NCBI GenBank assembly: GCA_038143065.1
Contig: JAYQLI010000050.1
Coordinates: forward strand, 2,386-66,385
Direction of reading: 5' to 3'
Length of the DNA stretch: 64,000 nucleotides
DNA from: Rhodospirillales bacterium
GTDB taxonomy: Bacteria; Pseudomonadota; Alphaproteobacteria; Bin95
Part shown: one piece after another, positions 30,053-42,841 of the stretch
Layout: each line of letters begins with the position of its first letter
Numbering within the stretch: position 1 is the stretch's first letter
Position numbers and translations under genes: made by a program
The notes under the pieces: model-generated
Told to the model about the DNA's origin: nothing
Seen by the model: the letters and a program-made list of their open reading frames with translations, nothing else
Databases searched by the model: none

Positions 30053-30791
30053 GCGTCAGTATAATCGTAGTGCTTTAACTGCCCGAGCATTACCAGTTAA
30101 TAGAAGAGCTACTGGCTGAACACCCCAACAGCCTCATCTACAGGGTGCATCTTAAAGGGGATATCAATGCCACTGCTGATAATGCCATGTGCTTGTACCC
30201 ACAGATAAAAAGGACCTCCTTCATCTGGTACTAGGTAGCCTAACCCACCAATGGCAACTACCAACTCAAGTCATAAACGCCTTACTAACAGCAAGTGGTC
30301 CTAAAGAAAGGGCGCACCGCTATCTTCAATGAGTACATGGCCAGCTATCAGCATGACTGGGTGGATATAATCTTCTGAGCAGGACTACAGAGATGGGTAT
30401 CCGAGAGCCTAAAGCTGCGAGCTCCTATTTGCTAAGATGATCATCAAGATAATGATTTTTACCTTTTAACTGAAAAAATCACTATTATTCGCATGGGCTT
30501 GAGTGTCATAACGTTCAAATTCAAAATTGGAGAGCAAAGCGACCTTCGAAGCTGAAGAGATATATGTCTGCTATATGGACAATCCAGTTGTTAACGGCTG
30601 GAGGTTTAAAATGGGCCGGTGTGTCGAATTTGTCTACCCATCTCTGTTCTTTTCCTAATGTGTAGTTGACTTGTGATCACGCCGACGACTTTCTTTTTTA
30701 TTGTAAAAGTCTTTGTTAAAAAAGAAAACACCGACGTAAGACTAGTTTGTTAAAAAAGAACGCATCTACTTGCAAAACCTAGGAAGAAACC

Positions 30792-31812
30792 ATGCAGAAT
30801 TTATCAACAGATTTGGACCGGTTGATTGCTTATTCACGTGTTCTTGGCACCAAACCGCAAATGATCCAAGCTGCCGGCGGAAACACCTCGCTAATATCAG
30901 ATGGTGTGATGTGGATCAAAGCATCGGGCCGCTGGCTGAGTGATGTCGATGATAAGAGCAGTTTTTGTGTCTATGGATTTGAGCCGGATACTCGTCGCAT
31001 TAGAAACCCCGAGGCAACAGATGCCGACATGCGCGCATGTGTTTGTAACGAAAGTGTAGCGGTGCGTGCTTCGGTTGAGGTGGCCATGCATGCTGCCTTC
31101 CCTTACCGTTTTGTTGTGCATAGCCACTGCGTGGATGTTATCGCAATTCTTATCCAACAAGATGCAGAGCAGCGTCTAAAAATGCTTGGAAGGGCTCGAC
31201 TGGGCCTTTGTCCCTTATGTGAAGCTCGGAGTTCCACTAAGTCGTGTAGTCAGCAAGGCTGCTCAGACGGGCAATGTGATTTTTTCTTTCAGCAAACTTC
31301 CGTTTGATTGTCGTGCTGCAATACTCTTAAAGAAATAGATACGTCACACAAAGAGTCTTACGTCGTTTAGCAAAAAATACTGTGGCGACCATGCCTGTGC
31401 CAAAAGCCCCCCAGCTGGCCCTTAAAGGTTCCGTTTCTCGGGCGAAAGACCCAATCAGCCATCAGATTGCCCATGATGAACTTGGATAAATATCCCGTCA
31501 AAGGGAAGTTTTACCCCTGATATATTGGTCTTTCTTGGGCCTGCGTTACCCGTTTTAGAACTGCAGGACATCGTTCTGGAAGATTTAGCGCAACTTGCCA
31601 AATCGCCGTTACCTTTTAACTGTGCTGTTATCGTTCGCGGGTCGAGTGGCGCTGCGAGATACGCATACTTAGGCAGTGAGGCGTTATTATGTTGTGCGCG
31701 TGATGTACTGTCAGTTTTACCAGAAGACAGTGACATTGCCTATTTCAGCGAAAAAGAACAGTTTGAATTGCTCAATTGGGATTCTGGAAAAATACCGCCA
31801 AGCCTTAAATGA
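30792..31812 (+). pseudogene. Class II aldolase/adducin-domain protein, frameshifted
   Basis: AAGGNTSLISDGVMWIKASGRWL, ASVEVAMHAAFPYRFVVHSHCVDVIA (30792-31307) and a ...FLGPALPVLE... C-terminal half (31525-31812). Confidence 0.6.
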
Positions 31813-31825
31813 ACAGAGTGCTTAG

Positions 31826-33062
31826 ATGTCGTTTTCCGTCCAACGTTTGGTTATATTTGACCTTGGCAAGACTAATGCAAAAATGATTTGCGAACGGTTC
31901 AATGGATTCTGATATTTCAACATCGATCAAGGCTCAATACAGTATTAACGAACGGCCTTACCCCAATATTATCGGCTTGATGGACTTTATTATAGGAGCC
32001 TTGGTTGAATTCTCAGAAGTCTGGGCCGATCGATGCTATCATGGTTTCCACCCACGGCGCAGGAATTGCCTGCATGTCGGATGGTAATCTTGCTATGCCG
32101 ATTATGGATTATGATTTTTCTGGTTTAGATCAATCTGCGGCGGCTTATGACGCGATCAGGTCTGATGTTACAATCACAGGTTCGCATAGGATGCCGCGAG
32201 GGTTACATTTGGGTGCGCAATTACATTGGCTAATGAATACGCATCGCAGCAAAATGAGGGATGTAGATCAATTACTGTTCCTGCCGCAATATTGGACATA
32301 TTGGTTGTCAGGTGTTGCGACCAGCGAAATTGCTTACGCAAGTTGCCACACAGATTTGTGGAACTTCCAAACAGGTGACTATCTTGATCTGCCAACGCTT
32401 GATCTCAACCTTCCGAAGCTGATGCCGCCGTTTTCACAGCCAGGAACAAATATTGGACCGCTAAGAGACGAATTGTGCCAATACCTCAGGCAATCAAACC
32501 CACCGATGATTTTGGGAGGCGGTCATGACAGCACATTGGCATTGGTGCCCTCTATCCTAGACCACGTGGAGCCGGTCACTGTGTTATCGACAGGTACTTG
32601 GATATGTGTCTTTGCTTTGAATGATGATCAACTGCCGCTAGATTTGGCGTTTGGACAGATGATCTCATTGGATCCTTTTGGAAACTTTGTTCCAAACATT
32701 CGATTTATGGGCGGAGAAATTCTTGCTCGTTTTAGCGGCCTTCCTGAAAAGAGTGGGCTGGAACCGAACCCACAAAAATCGAAGATATTTTCGACGCCCA
32801 AAACGCATGGTTGTCGGATGAAAATGGAGCAGCTGTTGATCCGTCGCTAATACCTAAACACAGAAGAATGGACTTGCTTTCTGGTTTTCTTGCACAGGCA
32901 ACATCTGAAGCGATGGATGCCATTGGCGCGAGTGGGCCAATCTATATAGATGGTCCATTTGCCAAAAATTCGGCTTATTTGGCAAAAATAGCGGACCGGC
33001 AAGTACACGATGCCAATGGTTCCGGCGTAATTTCTGGGATCGAGCGATTGCTACGTTCGTAA
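31826..33062 (+). pseudogene. FGGY-family carbohydrate kinase (rhamnulokinase-like), frameshifted
   Basis: MSFSVQRLVIFDLGKTNAKM, IDAIMVSTHGAG, ILGGGHDSTLALVPS, ...IYIDGPFAKNSAY in three frames. Confidence 0.65.
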
Positions 33063-33287
33063 GACGATGAGTACGCTACGCAGAAAACGCAGTCATTTTT
33101 TTTAATTTTCCTGTAAAGAATGAAGGTGTATGGAAGCGTGTTATGTCGGTCGCCTGTAAGTATCTTACCCCCTGAAACCCACGCCAAATAGTAAGGTTTT
33201 CCGAAATCTGCACTGCAAGTTTAAGCGGCTTAACAGTTTCAGTGTTTCAGTAAATGGACATTCGGAAAATGCGTATTTAAGGTCACT

Positions 33288-33345
33288 TTGGGCTCTAAGC
33301 AGTCATTCGCTGCAATGCGATTAAATGTTCGCTTTGCGTAAAGCG
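33288..33345. repeat. Intergenic repeat copy (see 1985-2050)
   Basis: TTTGGGCTCTAAGCAGTCATTCGCTGCAATGCG...CGCTTTGCG aligns with 1985-2040. Confidence 0.4.
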
Positions 33346-33634
33346 TGCCAAGTGCCCCGTAAACCTTGATGTATTACCTAAATTAGCCTCCCCCTGTTCT
33401 TTGGTGGAGGTTTTTTAAGCTTTGCGTCGGATAACCATTATGTCCCATAGTAAGACGAATAAGATATTAGTTGCATTAGATGGACCCATTCTATGTCAGA
33501 TGACAAAGAAATCGCCAATTAAGCGATTTGGATGAACAACTTCTAAATGAAGCAATAGTAAGGCAAGACACAGGTCGCTTGACACATCACTGTCATACGC
33601 CTGTGTCACTGGGAGGGCAGGAAAAGGGGAATTC

Positions 33635-34318
33635 ATGTCGTACTCTCGATTTGCGATTTACTATGTGCCGCCTCGCACGGGCCCTTGGCTGATTTTGGAG
33701 CGTCTTGGCTCGGATGGGATGTAGGCAGGCGTGAGGCGGTGCTCAACCGCCTATGCCCGAGTTGTATGACATCATCGATGACACCGCGCAATTCACGGGC
33801 TGCACGGGACATTGAAGCCGCCCTTTTCGCCTGAAAGACAATCGGACGATGGCCACGCTGGAACAGGCGACAGCAGACCTGGCGAGCGCCGCTGGCACCT
33901 GCGGTTTGCGATCCATTAGATTTGACGACACTGGGTGGGTTTTTGGCCTTGACGCCACGGGCGAGTCGGCGCTGCGCTTCAACGAGTGGCTGCGGCGTGC
34001 GTTCGTGACCTCGACGGGTTCCGTGCCCCTGCCAGCGCCGCAGAACGGGCTCCGTCGCCGCGCCGTAGGGCTCAGCGTCTGTCAAGACGCCTTGCTTGTG
34101 CAATGGGGTTACCTCGTGGCGTAATGGCAGAGTTCAAATTTCACCTGACCTCGTCGGGCCGCTTGCTCAAAAGAAGACGTCGACCATTGGTCCCAGACGG
34201 TCCTGGCGCGTGCTGCCGGATTTGAGTGCACCTTTCGTCGTGGACCAGATTGCCCTTGTGCGCTGAACGGGATGACGGTCGGTTCGAGTTGATCCAACGC
34301 TACACGCTCGCCGGATGA
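33635..34318 (+). pseudogene. DUF1045 phosphonate-metabolism protein, copy B, heavily frameshifted
   Basis: MSYSRFAIYYVPP..., FKFHLTSSG, ...RFELIQRYTLAG; diverged from copy A at the nucleotide level. Confidence 0.7.
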
Positions 34319-34866
34319 AGCAGCGCTGCACCACGAGCAATAGTCTGTGACAATGGGCCATCATTGGCTAGGTGGATCCACCTTGAGACCTTCAGGCAAG
34401 GGCTTATTGGCTTCTTCAAGGCTCTTGGAAATTTCTTCTGTTGTCTCTCGACCCGTGCGGACTAGACGCCGGGCCAAGAAGTCCCTGGCTCTCGCGGTGA
34501 TGTTGAGAACCAAAAATCGGTGGAGAGATATTTGACGCATGCGCGAGAGCTTTGCGCGAAAGTTCACGAGGCAATCAGGTTCCCTTGCCAAGCTGGTATT
34601 TCACGGTAATCGGGATGCCGTAATGTAGCCCGTGTGCACTCCAATGGATAGCAAATGCTCCGTCTTGAACGAGAGTCTCAAATTGCTCAACAGACACTGC
34701 GTCATACTCCTCGCCGACTAGTTCAGGCGCGCGGGTGATGACGCGGCGCACCAAATGCAGATAGGGCATCACATCGTGTAGAGCCCGCCATGACACTGTC
34801 CTTGCCAACCCCCGAAGGACCAACGACTGCGATTAGGTCGCCCTTGGAGTTCAAGGCGAGTGTCAT
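34300..34866 (-). pseudogene. phnN: PhnN, copy B, frameshifted
   Basis: MTLALNSKGDLIAVVGPSGVGKDSV, HLVRRVITRAPELVGEEYDAVSVEQF...HGLHYGIP in fragments. Confidence 0.7.
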
Positions 34867-35550
34867 GCAACCATTCCAGGCGGTGAAGCGGCTAATATCA
34901 ATTTCGCGATCACATACGCGGCTTCGTGCGGCCTCATCATGGAAAATGCCGATGATCGCCGCACCACGCGCTTTGGCGTCTTCGATTAGGGACGAGCACC
35001 GACATCTCGGTTGGCCGCATCAAGACTTGCGGTCGGTTCATCCAGCAGTATCGCAGGGAAGTTATAGGGTAAAGCCACGGGCGATATTGACCGCGCTGTT
35101 GCTCGCCGCCCGAGAAAGTTGTTGGTGAAAGGACCACAACCGTTCTGGGATGTTCAATTGGTGCAAAAGAGCCGATGCGCGGCGCTGCGCATCGCACTGC
35201 CGAAACGCCTAATAGGCGCAAAGGCTCTGCCACCACATCCAGGGTCGGACCCTAGGTACGACGCGTAGGAATTGGCTGACATAGCCGGCACATCGCGGCG
35301 CAATGTGATTATTTCGCGGGCTCGGCTTGCACAAGGTCCAGATCGTCAATAAGAATTTGACCAGATTGGTCGAGTAGTTGCCGTATATCATCCGCATAAG
35401 CGTTGATTTACCGGCACCAGATGCCCCCGTAAGCGCGACACATATCGCCGGGCGGCCAACGGCAAAGGAAACATCATTGATGACCTCAATTACCGCACTG
35501 CCTTGATTGTGCAGCGTAAAGGCTTTGGAAACGTGCTTAAGTTCAATCAT
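34863..35550 (-). pseudogene. phnL: PhnL, copy B, frameshifted
   Basis: MIELKHVSKAFTLHNQGSAVIEVINDVSF, ALTGASGAGKSTLMRMIYGNY, FSGGEQQR in fragments. Confidence 0.7.
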
Positions 35551-35554
35551 GACC

Positions 35555-36326
35555 TCACACCTGTAAAACGGAGCTGACAAGAAGCTGGCTGTAGGCGTGC
35601 TGGGGATCATCCAGCACTTGATCTGTGAGACCGGCCTCAACCACATGACCGTCTTTCATAACCATCAGTCGATCCGCCAACAGCCGCACCACAGCCAAAT
35701 CATGGGTCACGATGATGGCCGATAAGCCCATATCGCGCACTAATCCGCGCAACAGATCTAGCAGGCGCGCCTGAACCGATACATCCAGTCCGCCGGTCGG
35801 CTCGTCCATGAACACAAGCCTTGGGCCCGTCACAAGGTTACGCGCGATTTGCAAACGCTGCTGCATCCCACCTGAGAAGGTTGTGGGCGGTCATCTATCC
35901 GAGAGGCGTCAACTCGACCCGGCCCAGCCAGTCGCTGGCCTTATCGCGAATATCGCCATAATGCCGCTCATCCAGGCCATTAGCCGCTCTCCTACGTTGC
36001 CGCCCGCGCTGACACCCATGCGCAGCCCATCGCGAGCATGCTGGTGAACAAAGGCCCAATCGGTACGGCCGAGCATTCTACGTTCGGGTTCGGACATGGA
36101 GATCGTCTCGCGGGGACCATCACAGCGGGTGTCAAACACGACTTGGCCCGCATCGGGCGCCAAATTACCTGCCATGCAGTTAAGCAGCGTAGATTTACCC
36201 GATCCACTTTCGCCCACAATCCCCATCACTTCGCCGGGATACAAGTCAAACGACACATCGGCGTACAGCCAATATGGGCGCCGTATCGCTTCGTTATCCC
36301 CTGAACGCGTGCAGCAAAGGTGTCAT
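35555..36326 (-). pseudogene. phnK: PhnK, copy B, frameshifted
   Basis: Fragments 35555-35866 (MQQRLQIARNLVTGPRLVFMDEPTGGLD...) and 35909-36256 (GIVGESGSGKSTLLNC...), most residues matching copy A. Confidence 0.75.
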
Positions 36327-37188
36327 GCCGCGTCCTTTCCTTTATGACCAGCCGCTTGACGGGTCTCGCAATAGTCCGTATCCGAGCAGATAAACATCCG
36401 CCGGCCCGCATCATCGACAATCAGCTCATCAAGATAACTGATCTGTACTGCCACACATTCCGCAGGGATGATTGGCTTTAGAGGCTTGAAACGGGTGATC
36501 TTCAAAATCGAGGCTGATGACATTTGTATAGGGTGGCAGCGCGTAGATGCGTTGCTCACGGCCTGCGCCAAAAAGTTGGATTGCCGCCGATATCGCCCAG
36601 TTTGGGGTTGTCGAATTTCGGGATCGGCGATGGGTCCATGACATAGCGTCCCTCTACCTTGACCGGATAGGCATAGGACGTAGCGATATGGCCATGGCGG
36701 CTGATGTCTTCGTAAAGCTTCACATGCATTAGCCCATATTCTTCGAGGCTGTGCATCTTTCGATGTCTCGCTTTCTGCGCGGTTCCAGAAAACGCAGAGG
36801 TTCGGGAATAGGCACCTGATAGACAAGGATTCGCCCTTCGCCCAAGCTCTCTTCGGGGATGCGGTGGCGGGTCTGGATCACCGTCGCATCCCTGTGTTGC
36901 CGTCGTGGTCGCAACTCCCGCTGTGCGCTGAAAAAAGTGCGGATTGACACGGCGTTCGTAGTATCATCAGCGCCTTGGTCGATCACCTTGAACGTGTCTT
37001 CAGGTGTCAATACTGCTGCTGAAACTTGCACACCTCCCGTGCCCCAGCCATAGGGCATTGGCATTTCGCGAGAGGCGAAGGGCACCTGATAGCCCGGAAT
37101 AGCGAGCCCCTTAAGGATCGCGCGCCGGATCATCCGTTTGGTTTGTTCATCGAGAGATAGAGCGAAGTTGTAATTGTCTTTGGTGTGT
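36323..37188 (-). pseudogene. phnJ: PhnJ, copy B, frameshifted but retaining the 5' region lost in copy A
   Basis: ...NYNFALSLDEQTKRMIRRAILKGLAIPGYQVPF..., YAYPVKVEGRYVMDPSPIPKFDNPK, ...DDAGRRMFICSDTDYC. Confidence 0.75.
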
Positions 37189-37488
37189 CACAGTACTATC
37201 TCAAAACAGGTGTAAGCCCCAAAAAGAACCAATTTCTATAGTATGGGGAACGAAATGTTGAGTTTTGGATTTGGTGTTTTGATTGCACTTGTAGGCTTAC
37301 CGTGTTTGAACGGCTTCGTGGCTTGGGTGCTGCCCTAGCTCGTGCCGGTTTTGCCTGCTAATGACTACTGCGGGCCAGATGGTTGGTTTATGTACGCCAA
37401 AGGCCCAGTCCGGTGTGTTTGATCGCTGAACTCGTCCCGACCAAAACGGATCTGATTTCAAAGGGTAAGGCGTCATAGCAGCGCTCTT

Positions 37489-37966
37489 TCATTCAAACCC
37501 GCCCGAAGGTCTGCGGCGTTGGTAAAGCGGATGGCATCCACGCCGTGCGGCCTGCGCTCCAAGGCAATTGTGAAGCCCGTCATCGATATAGACGCATTGA
37601 TCAGAGGGCACTTTCGCGTGGTGCAAAGCGTGTTGCCGATTTTCGTAGCCGGGTTTCAAAACGCAAAGCTCGTCGGGCAAGGACGTGTTGTACCAAAGAC
37701 CTCACCTAATTTAGGCTGCACCTTTAGGCCCTCAGGCCATTTTTCCGCGGACCAATCGGTGATGGCATGCAGCGTGACGTCTCTGCCTTTGAGCGCATAA
37801 AGCGGGTCCCAAGTTGCAGACAATTTATCTGGGACAGCGCGGTGTAGCGGCGAATATGCTGCGCCACCCGCGTGCCGTTTTCGCCTAGGTCATCAGCCCA
37901 AGCCAGATGAGGCTGCCAGTCCACAAGGACACCGCCAATTTCGAAGACCACCGTATCGGCAGTCAT
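37489..37966 (-). pseudogene. HAD-superfamily hydrolase, copy B (same lesions as copy A)
   Basis: ORF translations identical to 10879-11356 at offset 26610. Confidence 0.6.
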
Positions 37967-39070
37967 TCCGCTGCCTTCGGAACCTGATCGCCCAGGGCTT
38001 CTCGGCGCAGCTTGCGCACCAGCTCTAGCTCAGATTGGAAATCGACGTAATGTGGTAGCTTGATATGCTCAAGAAAGCTCCGTCGCTTTTGATATTATCA
38101 GCGGTGGTACAGCACGAATTCCGCGTCCTGTGCTGGAGCCCCGACGTTGTCCTCGCCCAGTTCTTCCCAGCGTAACGCGCGATCGACCAGTGCCACTGAA
38201 ATTGCTTTGCGTTCGGTCTGACCAAAGACCCAGTCCATAACCGCGCGTAAATTGCGGCGGCTCTGTTTTTGAGCCAGTGAACTGGTTAACCGTTTCGCAT
38301 TCGGTCAGGGTGACTTCGCCGATCTCGACCGCGAAGCCCAGTTCGGGGATGTCCATCTCAATCGGAACGGACCCAATACGCAGCTCGCCAACGAAGGCGT
38401 GGTTGCAGCCCGTGGCACACGCTGTGTTGAATAAGCAAGGCCAAGTGTAAAGCCTTCGTCCGCGCGGGTCAGGGCCCAGTGGGTTGTGGCAGCAGCTTTG
38501 GCGGGCATTTCCAGGCGGTTCGCGGGTCAAGTCGTGGGGCGGTGTGTTATCCCGAGGGGCCTGTTCGATCAGCTCTTCAAGGTTCAGAAATTCGGCAACA
38601 TGAGGCACATCGCCTTTGACCAGCGCCGCGGCTCGGAGCTTCAGCCACTTCACCGCCCACGCTGCGGCCAGCTTGAAATCCAGCAAACGGTGGGTGTAGT
38701 CGTAGGTTGGTCCAAGGACTTGTCCTCCTGGCAAGTCTTTGAAGGTCGCTGAAATGCGTCGATCGCAGGCCATTGCACCCGGTGTCCACCGGCTGGGATG
38801 CGCCAGCGGGGCAAGGTGGTGCGGTAAGCACGTATCAGAAAGATTGCCTCGATAAGATCACCACGCGCCTGCTTGATCGCAAGTGCTGCAAGGTCAGGAT
38901 CATAAAGCGAGCTCCTCGGCCATAACGCGGTTTACTGCAAGGCTCAGCTGCTCGCGGATTTGTGCGATGCTGAGTTCTGCGACACCCTTGTCCCCCCGGC
39001 GTTCTTCGGCAAGCCAGTGCATGGGCATTCTCGATGGCGCGCTCCCCACCTTTGACAGCGCCGTGTACAT
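37963..39070 (-). pseudogene. phnI: PhnI, copy B (same frameshifts as copy A; 4 local differences)
   Basis: Offset 26610; reads GPTYDYTHRLLDF (the E. coli-like form) where copy A has GPTTDY. Confidence 0.8.
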
Positions 39071-39071
39071 G

Positions 39072-39656
39072 TTACGAGACCTCCGTGGTACGGGGTAGCG
39101 CCGCGATTTGGTGGGGCGGCTGTGAATATGAAATCCAACCCCAGCGGGAATAGCATCCTATTGGCTTGAAAATGCGGCACGTTTCGGTAAGGAAAGCATC
39201 GCTTGATCCTTGATCCCGGGGCCAGACAGCTTAGCGCCCAATGAGGTAAGTTGGGGCGTTTCTACAATCAGAGTGGCAGAACGGTCCGGATATTCCGACG
39301 TCCCGACAGGATAGGCCGACAGCGGCTCAGGCGCATCCCATGAGCCTACCGCAAACATGCTGCCAGCTCCGCCGGACCAACAAAGGGGAGAACCGATATG
39401 GAATGATTAGCCACTCACGAACATCAGCGCAATCGATCGCGCCCAGTTGCCGGATAAATTCGGCGTTTCAGTGTCAAGCCAAAGGGTCAGTAGGACAGTT
39501 CCCGCCGCAGACGACAATGAAGCCGGCGGCTCTGCACCTTTCGATGTCTCCGAATGGTCCCGGCGACGGGCCATCGCCTCCATCACAGATCGAAAGGCAT
39601 GTGCTGACTGGGTTGCAGGATTAGTGAAGCCGCCAGAGAGGGTGTGTTTGCCTGCA
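39072..39656 (-). pseudogene. phnH: PhnH, copy B
   Basis: Offset 26610; one swap difference from copy A. Confidence 0.7.
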
Positions 39657-40127
39657 TCAGTCTTTTTCTCGCGTCATGGTGAAGAAGTCTACCTTTGTTG
39701 CGGCCGCTTTGGCGCGCGGGCTGCTTTGGCCGCGTTCATTTCTGGCTTCCAGCGGGTTAAGGACCGCTTGGCGTAGCGCGCTGCTTTTTCGGTTTGCATG
39801 AGTGCGTCGACGAGGGGCTGCGGTTTCAGCATCCGCTTTTCGGCGTCCCTGAATGTAGGCGGGACCTGTTTCGCCGCCGGTTTCCAAAGTCAGGGCGCGC
39901 AGCGGGTGATGGTCATCTCAACTAAGATTAAACGGGGCGCCGATCGCCCCGGCACGCCCGCGCACCATCGCGCTGCTGCAATCTCAGTGGGCACGCAGCC
40001 ACGGGTGAAATCGGGCGCGCCTCCATTTCACCCTCCAACAAGGCAGCAACACGGCCTTCGGGAGCTTTCGCCAGCTTGCCCATCCACGCTTATGCGCAGA
40101 GTTATTTTCGTGTCCTGTGTCTTTCAT
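39657..40127 (-). pseudogene. phnG: PhnG, copy B (identical to copy A)
   Basis: Offset 26610; identical ORF translations. Confidence 0.7.
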
Positions 40128-40186
40128 CCCCGACAACTTGGCTCTCCTCTCCACAACTGTACATATCGTATCAACCATCATTGGCC

Positions 40187-40969
40187 ATGATAGAAGAGTT
40201 TTTGTAAATTCTTTGTGCGACAGCCCCGAAGAGACTTCCTGAGATGGAAAGCCGCTGCAAATGTATCACGGCGCAGCGAATTCGGCGGAAGGGCGCAACA
40301 GCCCCGGTGACAAGTTACCGACCGAGGCGGCGCTATCGGCGCATTTCGGCGTAAACCGCCATACAGTTCGTCACGGGTTCTCTTGGTTGGATTGATGAAG
40401 CGGGCTGGTTCGCACACGGCGCGGTGCGCGCGCCTATGTGGCTGCGACACCGAACGATTATCCGATTGGGCAATCGTATCCGGTTTCATGAAAAATCTGA
40501 CCACTGCGGGACGCCAACCGTAAAAAACGCGAATCTGACACTGGATACCCGCGCGCGGCAACCGCAGAAGAGGCGCAAGCGTTGCACCTGATAAACAAGC
40601 GATACGGTCTGCGCTTATCACGGGCTGTCCTTGGCGGATGGTCAGCCGATCGCGGCTTTGGAAAGCCTGTTTCCGATCACAAAGCTTTCTGGAAGTGCTG
40701 CAGCATTATCCGAGACAAGCAGCGTCACCGAAGCGCTGGAGCATGGAAGGTATTTATGAACTACACGCGTGTCTCAACCCGGAGTTCACGGCGGTCCGCG
40801 CACCCGCGACCTCATGCGCTGCTCTTGCAGGGCCGCTGAAAGTGATCCGTTGTTGCGAACGTCCAGAGTGAATGCGTCCGGAGGCTGGTGAGCCTGTCGA
40901 ATACGGTCGCATATGGTTTGCGGGGATCGGGTTACACTGACCCTTTGGACACCTTTTTTGCGCGCGTAG
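40187..40969 (+). pseudogene. phnF: PhnF GntR-family regulator, copy B (identical to copy A)
   Basis: Offset 26610; identical ORF translations. Confidence 0.65.
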
Positions 40970-40971
40970 GC

Positions 40972-41860
40972 CTAGGCCTGACTTGCAGGCCATTTTGGCA
41001 AAAGTGGCACAGTTTTGTCCTGTTCACGCCCGTTTCCGGCAAGTGCAAGCGCGGCGTGATACAGCATGGTGATCGCTTCCTCATGCTTGATGGGCAGGTT
41101 TTTTGCTTCGCAATCGGAGTGCCGATATCGACTCGGATACCTCTGGCGCTTCCTTGTTGAGCGTTTCATGAAACAAGGTAATGTCGCGCAGGCTTGGATG
41201 GATCAAATCAGCAGAGGTAGAACAATACCGTGAGTTGCGCGCTTCTTCTATCCGCACAGGAATAATCGGCAAATCGAATTTTCGCGCCAAGGTCACAGGC
41301 GACGCCATCCATGGGCGTTCATGAAGCCGGAAACCGCGCCGCTTTGGCTAATCGCCCTGACGGAAAGATAACGCCAAGACGCCCCGACCTCGACCGCCTG
41401 TTTTGTGTAAATCATCGTTGCGCGTGTCTCAGTTTGGGTGCGCCGGTCGACCCGCCATTCGACGGGGGGCAATCATATCTTCCATCTGTGGAAGGGAGGC
41501 GCAAAATATCGCTATTAGCGAAGAAATATGTATCGGGCCGCTTCTTCGTCGCAAGCAGTCGGTGCAGGATGATCCCGGGTCCGCGATCCCGGTTGGATGG
41601 TTAGCCACAATCAGCCCCGGACCGGATGCGGGGTATTCTCAAGCCCTGAGCAGGGTCACACGCTGGGTCAAAAGCCGGCCGAGATGGTCCATGATTTTTG
41701 TTGCTGGGCCAGTCATGCGCATCTGATTTTGTGAGTTCAAGGGCCTTTTCATAGCTCAACAGGCGATCAAGAGCAGGCACGGGCCACGCGCGCAAAAGGC
41801 CGGTTGACGGACAGCCATTTTGCGCGTTCTTCAATCAATGGATCAATCTCGATCTTTCAT
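40972..41860 (-). pseudogene. High-GC PlsC-like acyltransferase, copy B (identical to copy A)
   Basis: Offset 26610; identical ORF translations. Confidence 0.55.
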
Positions 41861-42064
41861 ATCGGTTTATTTCCATAGAATTGAAACAGCTCTTATGACA
41901 GTTAAGACTTTTCCGCCGTTCCTGAGTTATCGTGCGGGTTTATTGAAATCAGGGAGCCCTCGCCCAAAAGGCGAGGGCCGAGAGGGCTTTGTCAGGCTGA
42001 CGGGAGGGGGAGGATCAATGCGTTACGCGAAGGTAAGGGCCTATCTGCCCCCATGCAGCTTGTA

Positions 42065-42570
42065 TTAGGTCATCGTTGCGGACCAATCAGAGAAGATGCC
42101 CACGACGCCACGACCTGCGGCCAATGCGTCGATATATTCATACATCACCCATCACTATTGGTGATGTCTGCAATGGACTAACAGTACCAGACGCCACCGG
42201 ACATGAGAGGGCCAGGCCGCTCTCGATTGTCAATGTGATGATCTCCAGTCGCCTGCTTTGGCTTGCACAGCCAACTCTGACGGTACGATTTCTCCGTCTG
42301 CGGATGCGTTGCAATCAGCATCCGCGTTCGCGGTGCGATGTAGTTCACACCTGACTGATATTTCAGCTCTCCAGCGTGTTGGGTGACGTGCCCGCAACCA
42401 TGGGGGAATAGCACTTCGCTAAGCTCTACCATCCATCAAATAAACCGCCTGCGCACCCCAGTTCCGTTCCGCTTCGATCAAATAGAGCACATCTTCGAGG
42501 TTAAGAGATTGAAGCCAAACACCGTCCCGCATCTGATCAATGAGGTAGTAGCGGACCATATTCCATGTTT
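42065..42570 (-). pseudogene. GDPD-like remnant, copy B (identical to copy A)
   Basis: Offset 26610; identical ORF translations. Confidence 0.35.
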
Positions 42571-42841
42571 TCAATTATTTGTGCTGTGACTGGCAAAGCT
42601 CCGTAGCACGTCAAAATGAGCAGCAGTGTTTCGCATTTTTATTTTCTACAATTGTATTGTTGGAAGGATCGAATGCGAACATGACAGAGAGTGATAGTTA
42701 TACGAAGAAACCACTATTTTGTACGAAGCGGGGCTTGCGCTCAACTTCTATACTGTTCTTCAAACTTGAAGCCGTATTCAGAGGACAGGACACAATCAGG
42801 GGACAGCGCATATGTCTGGTTACGCAGGAAATCCATTATGA

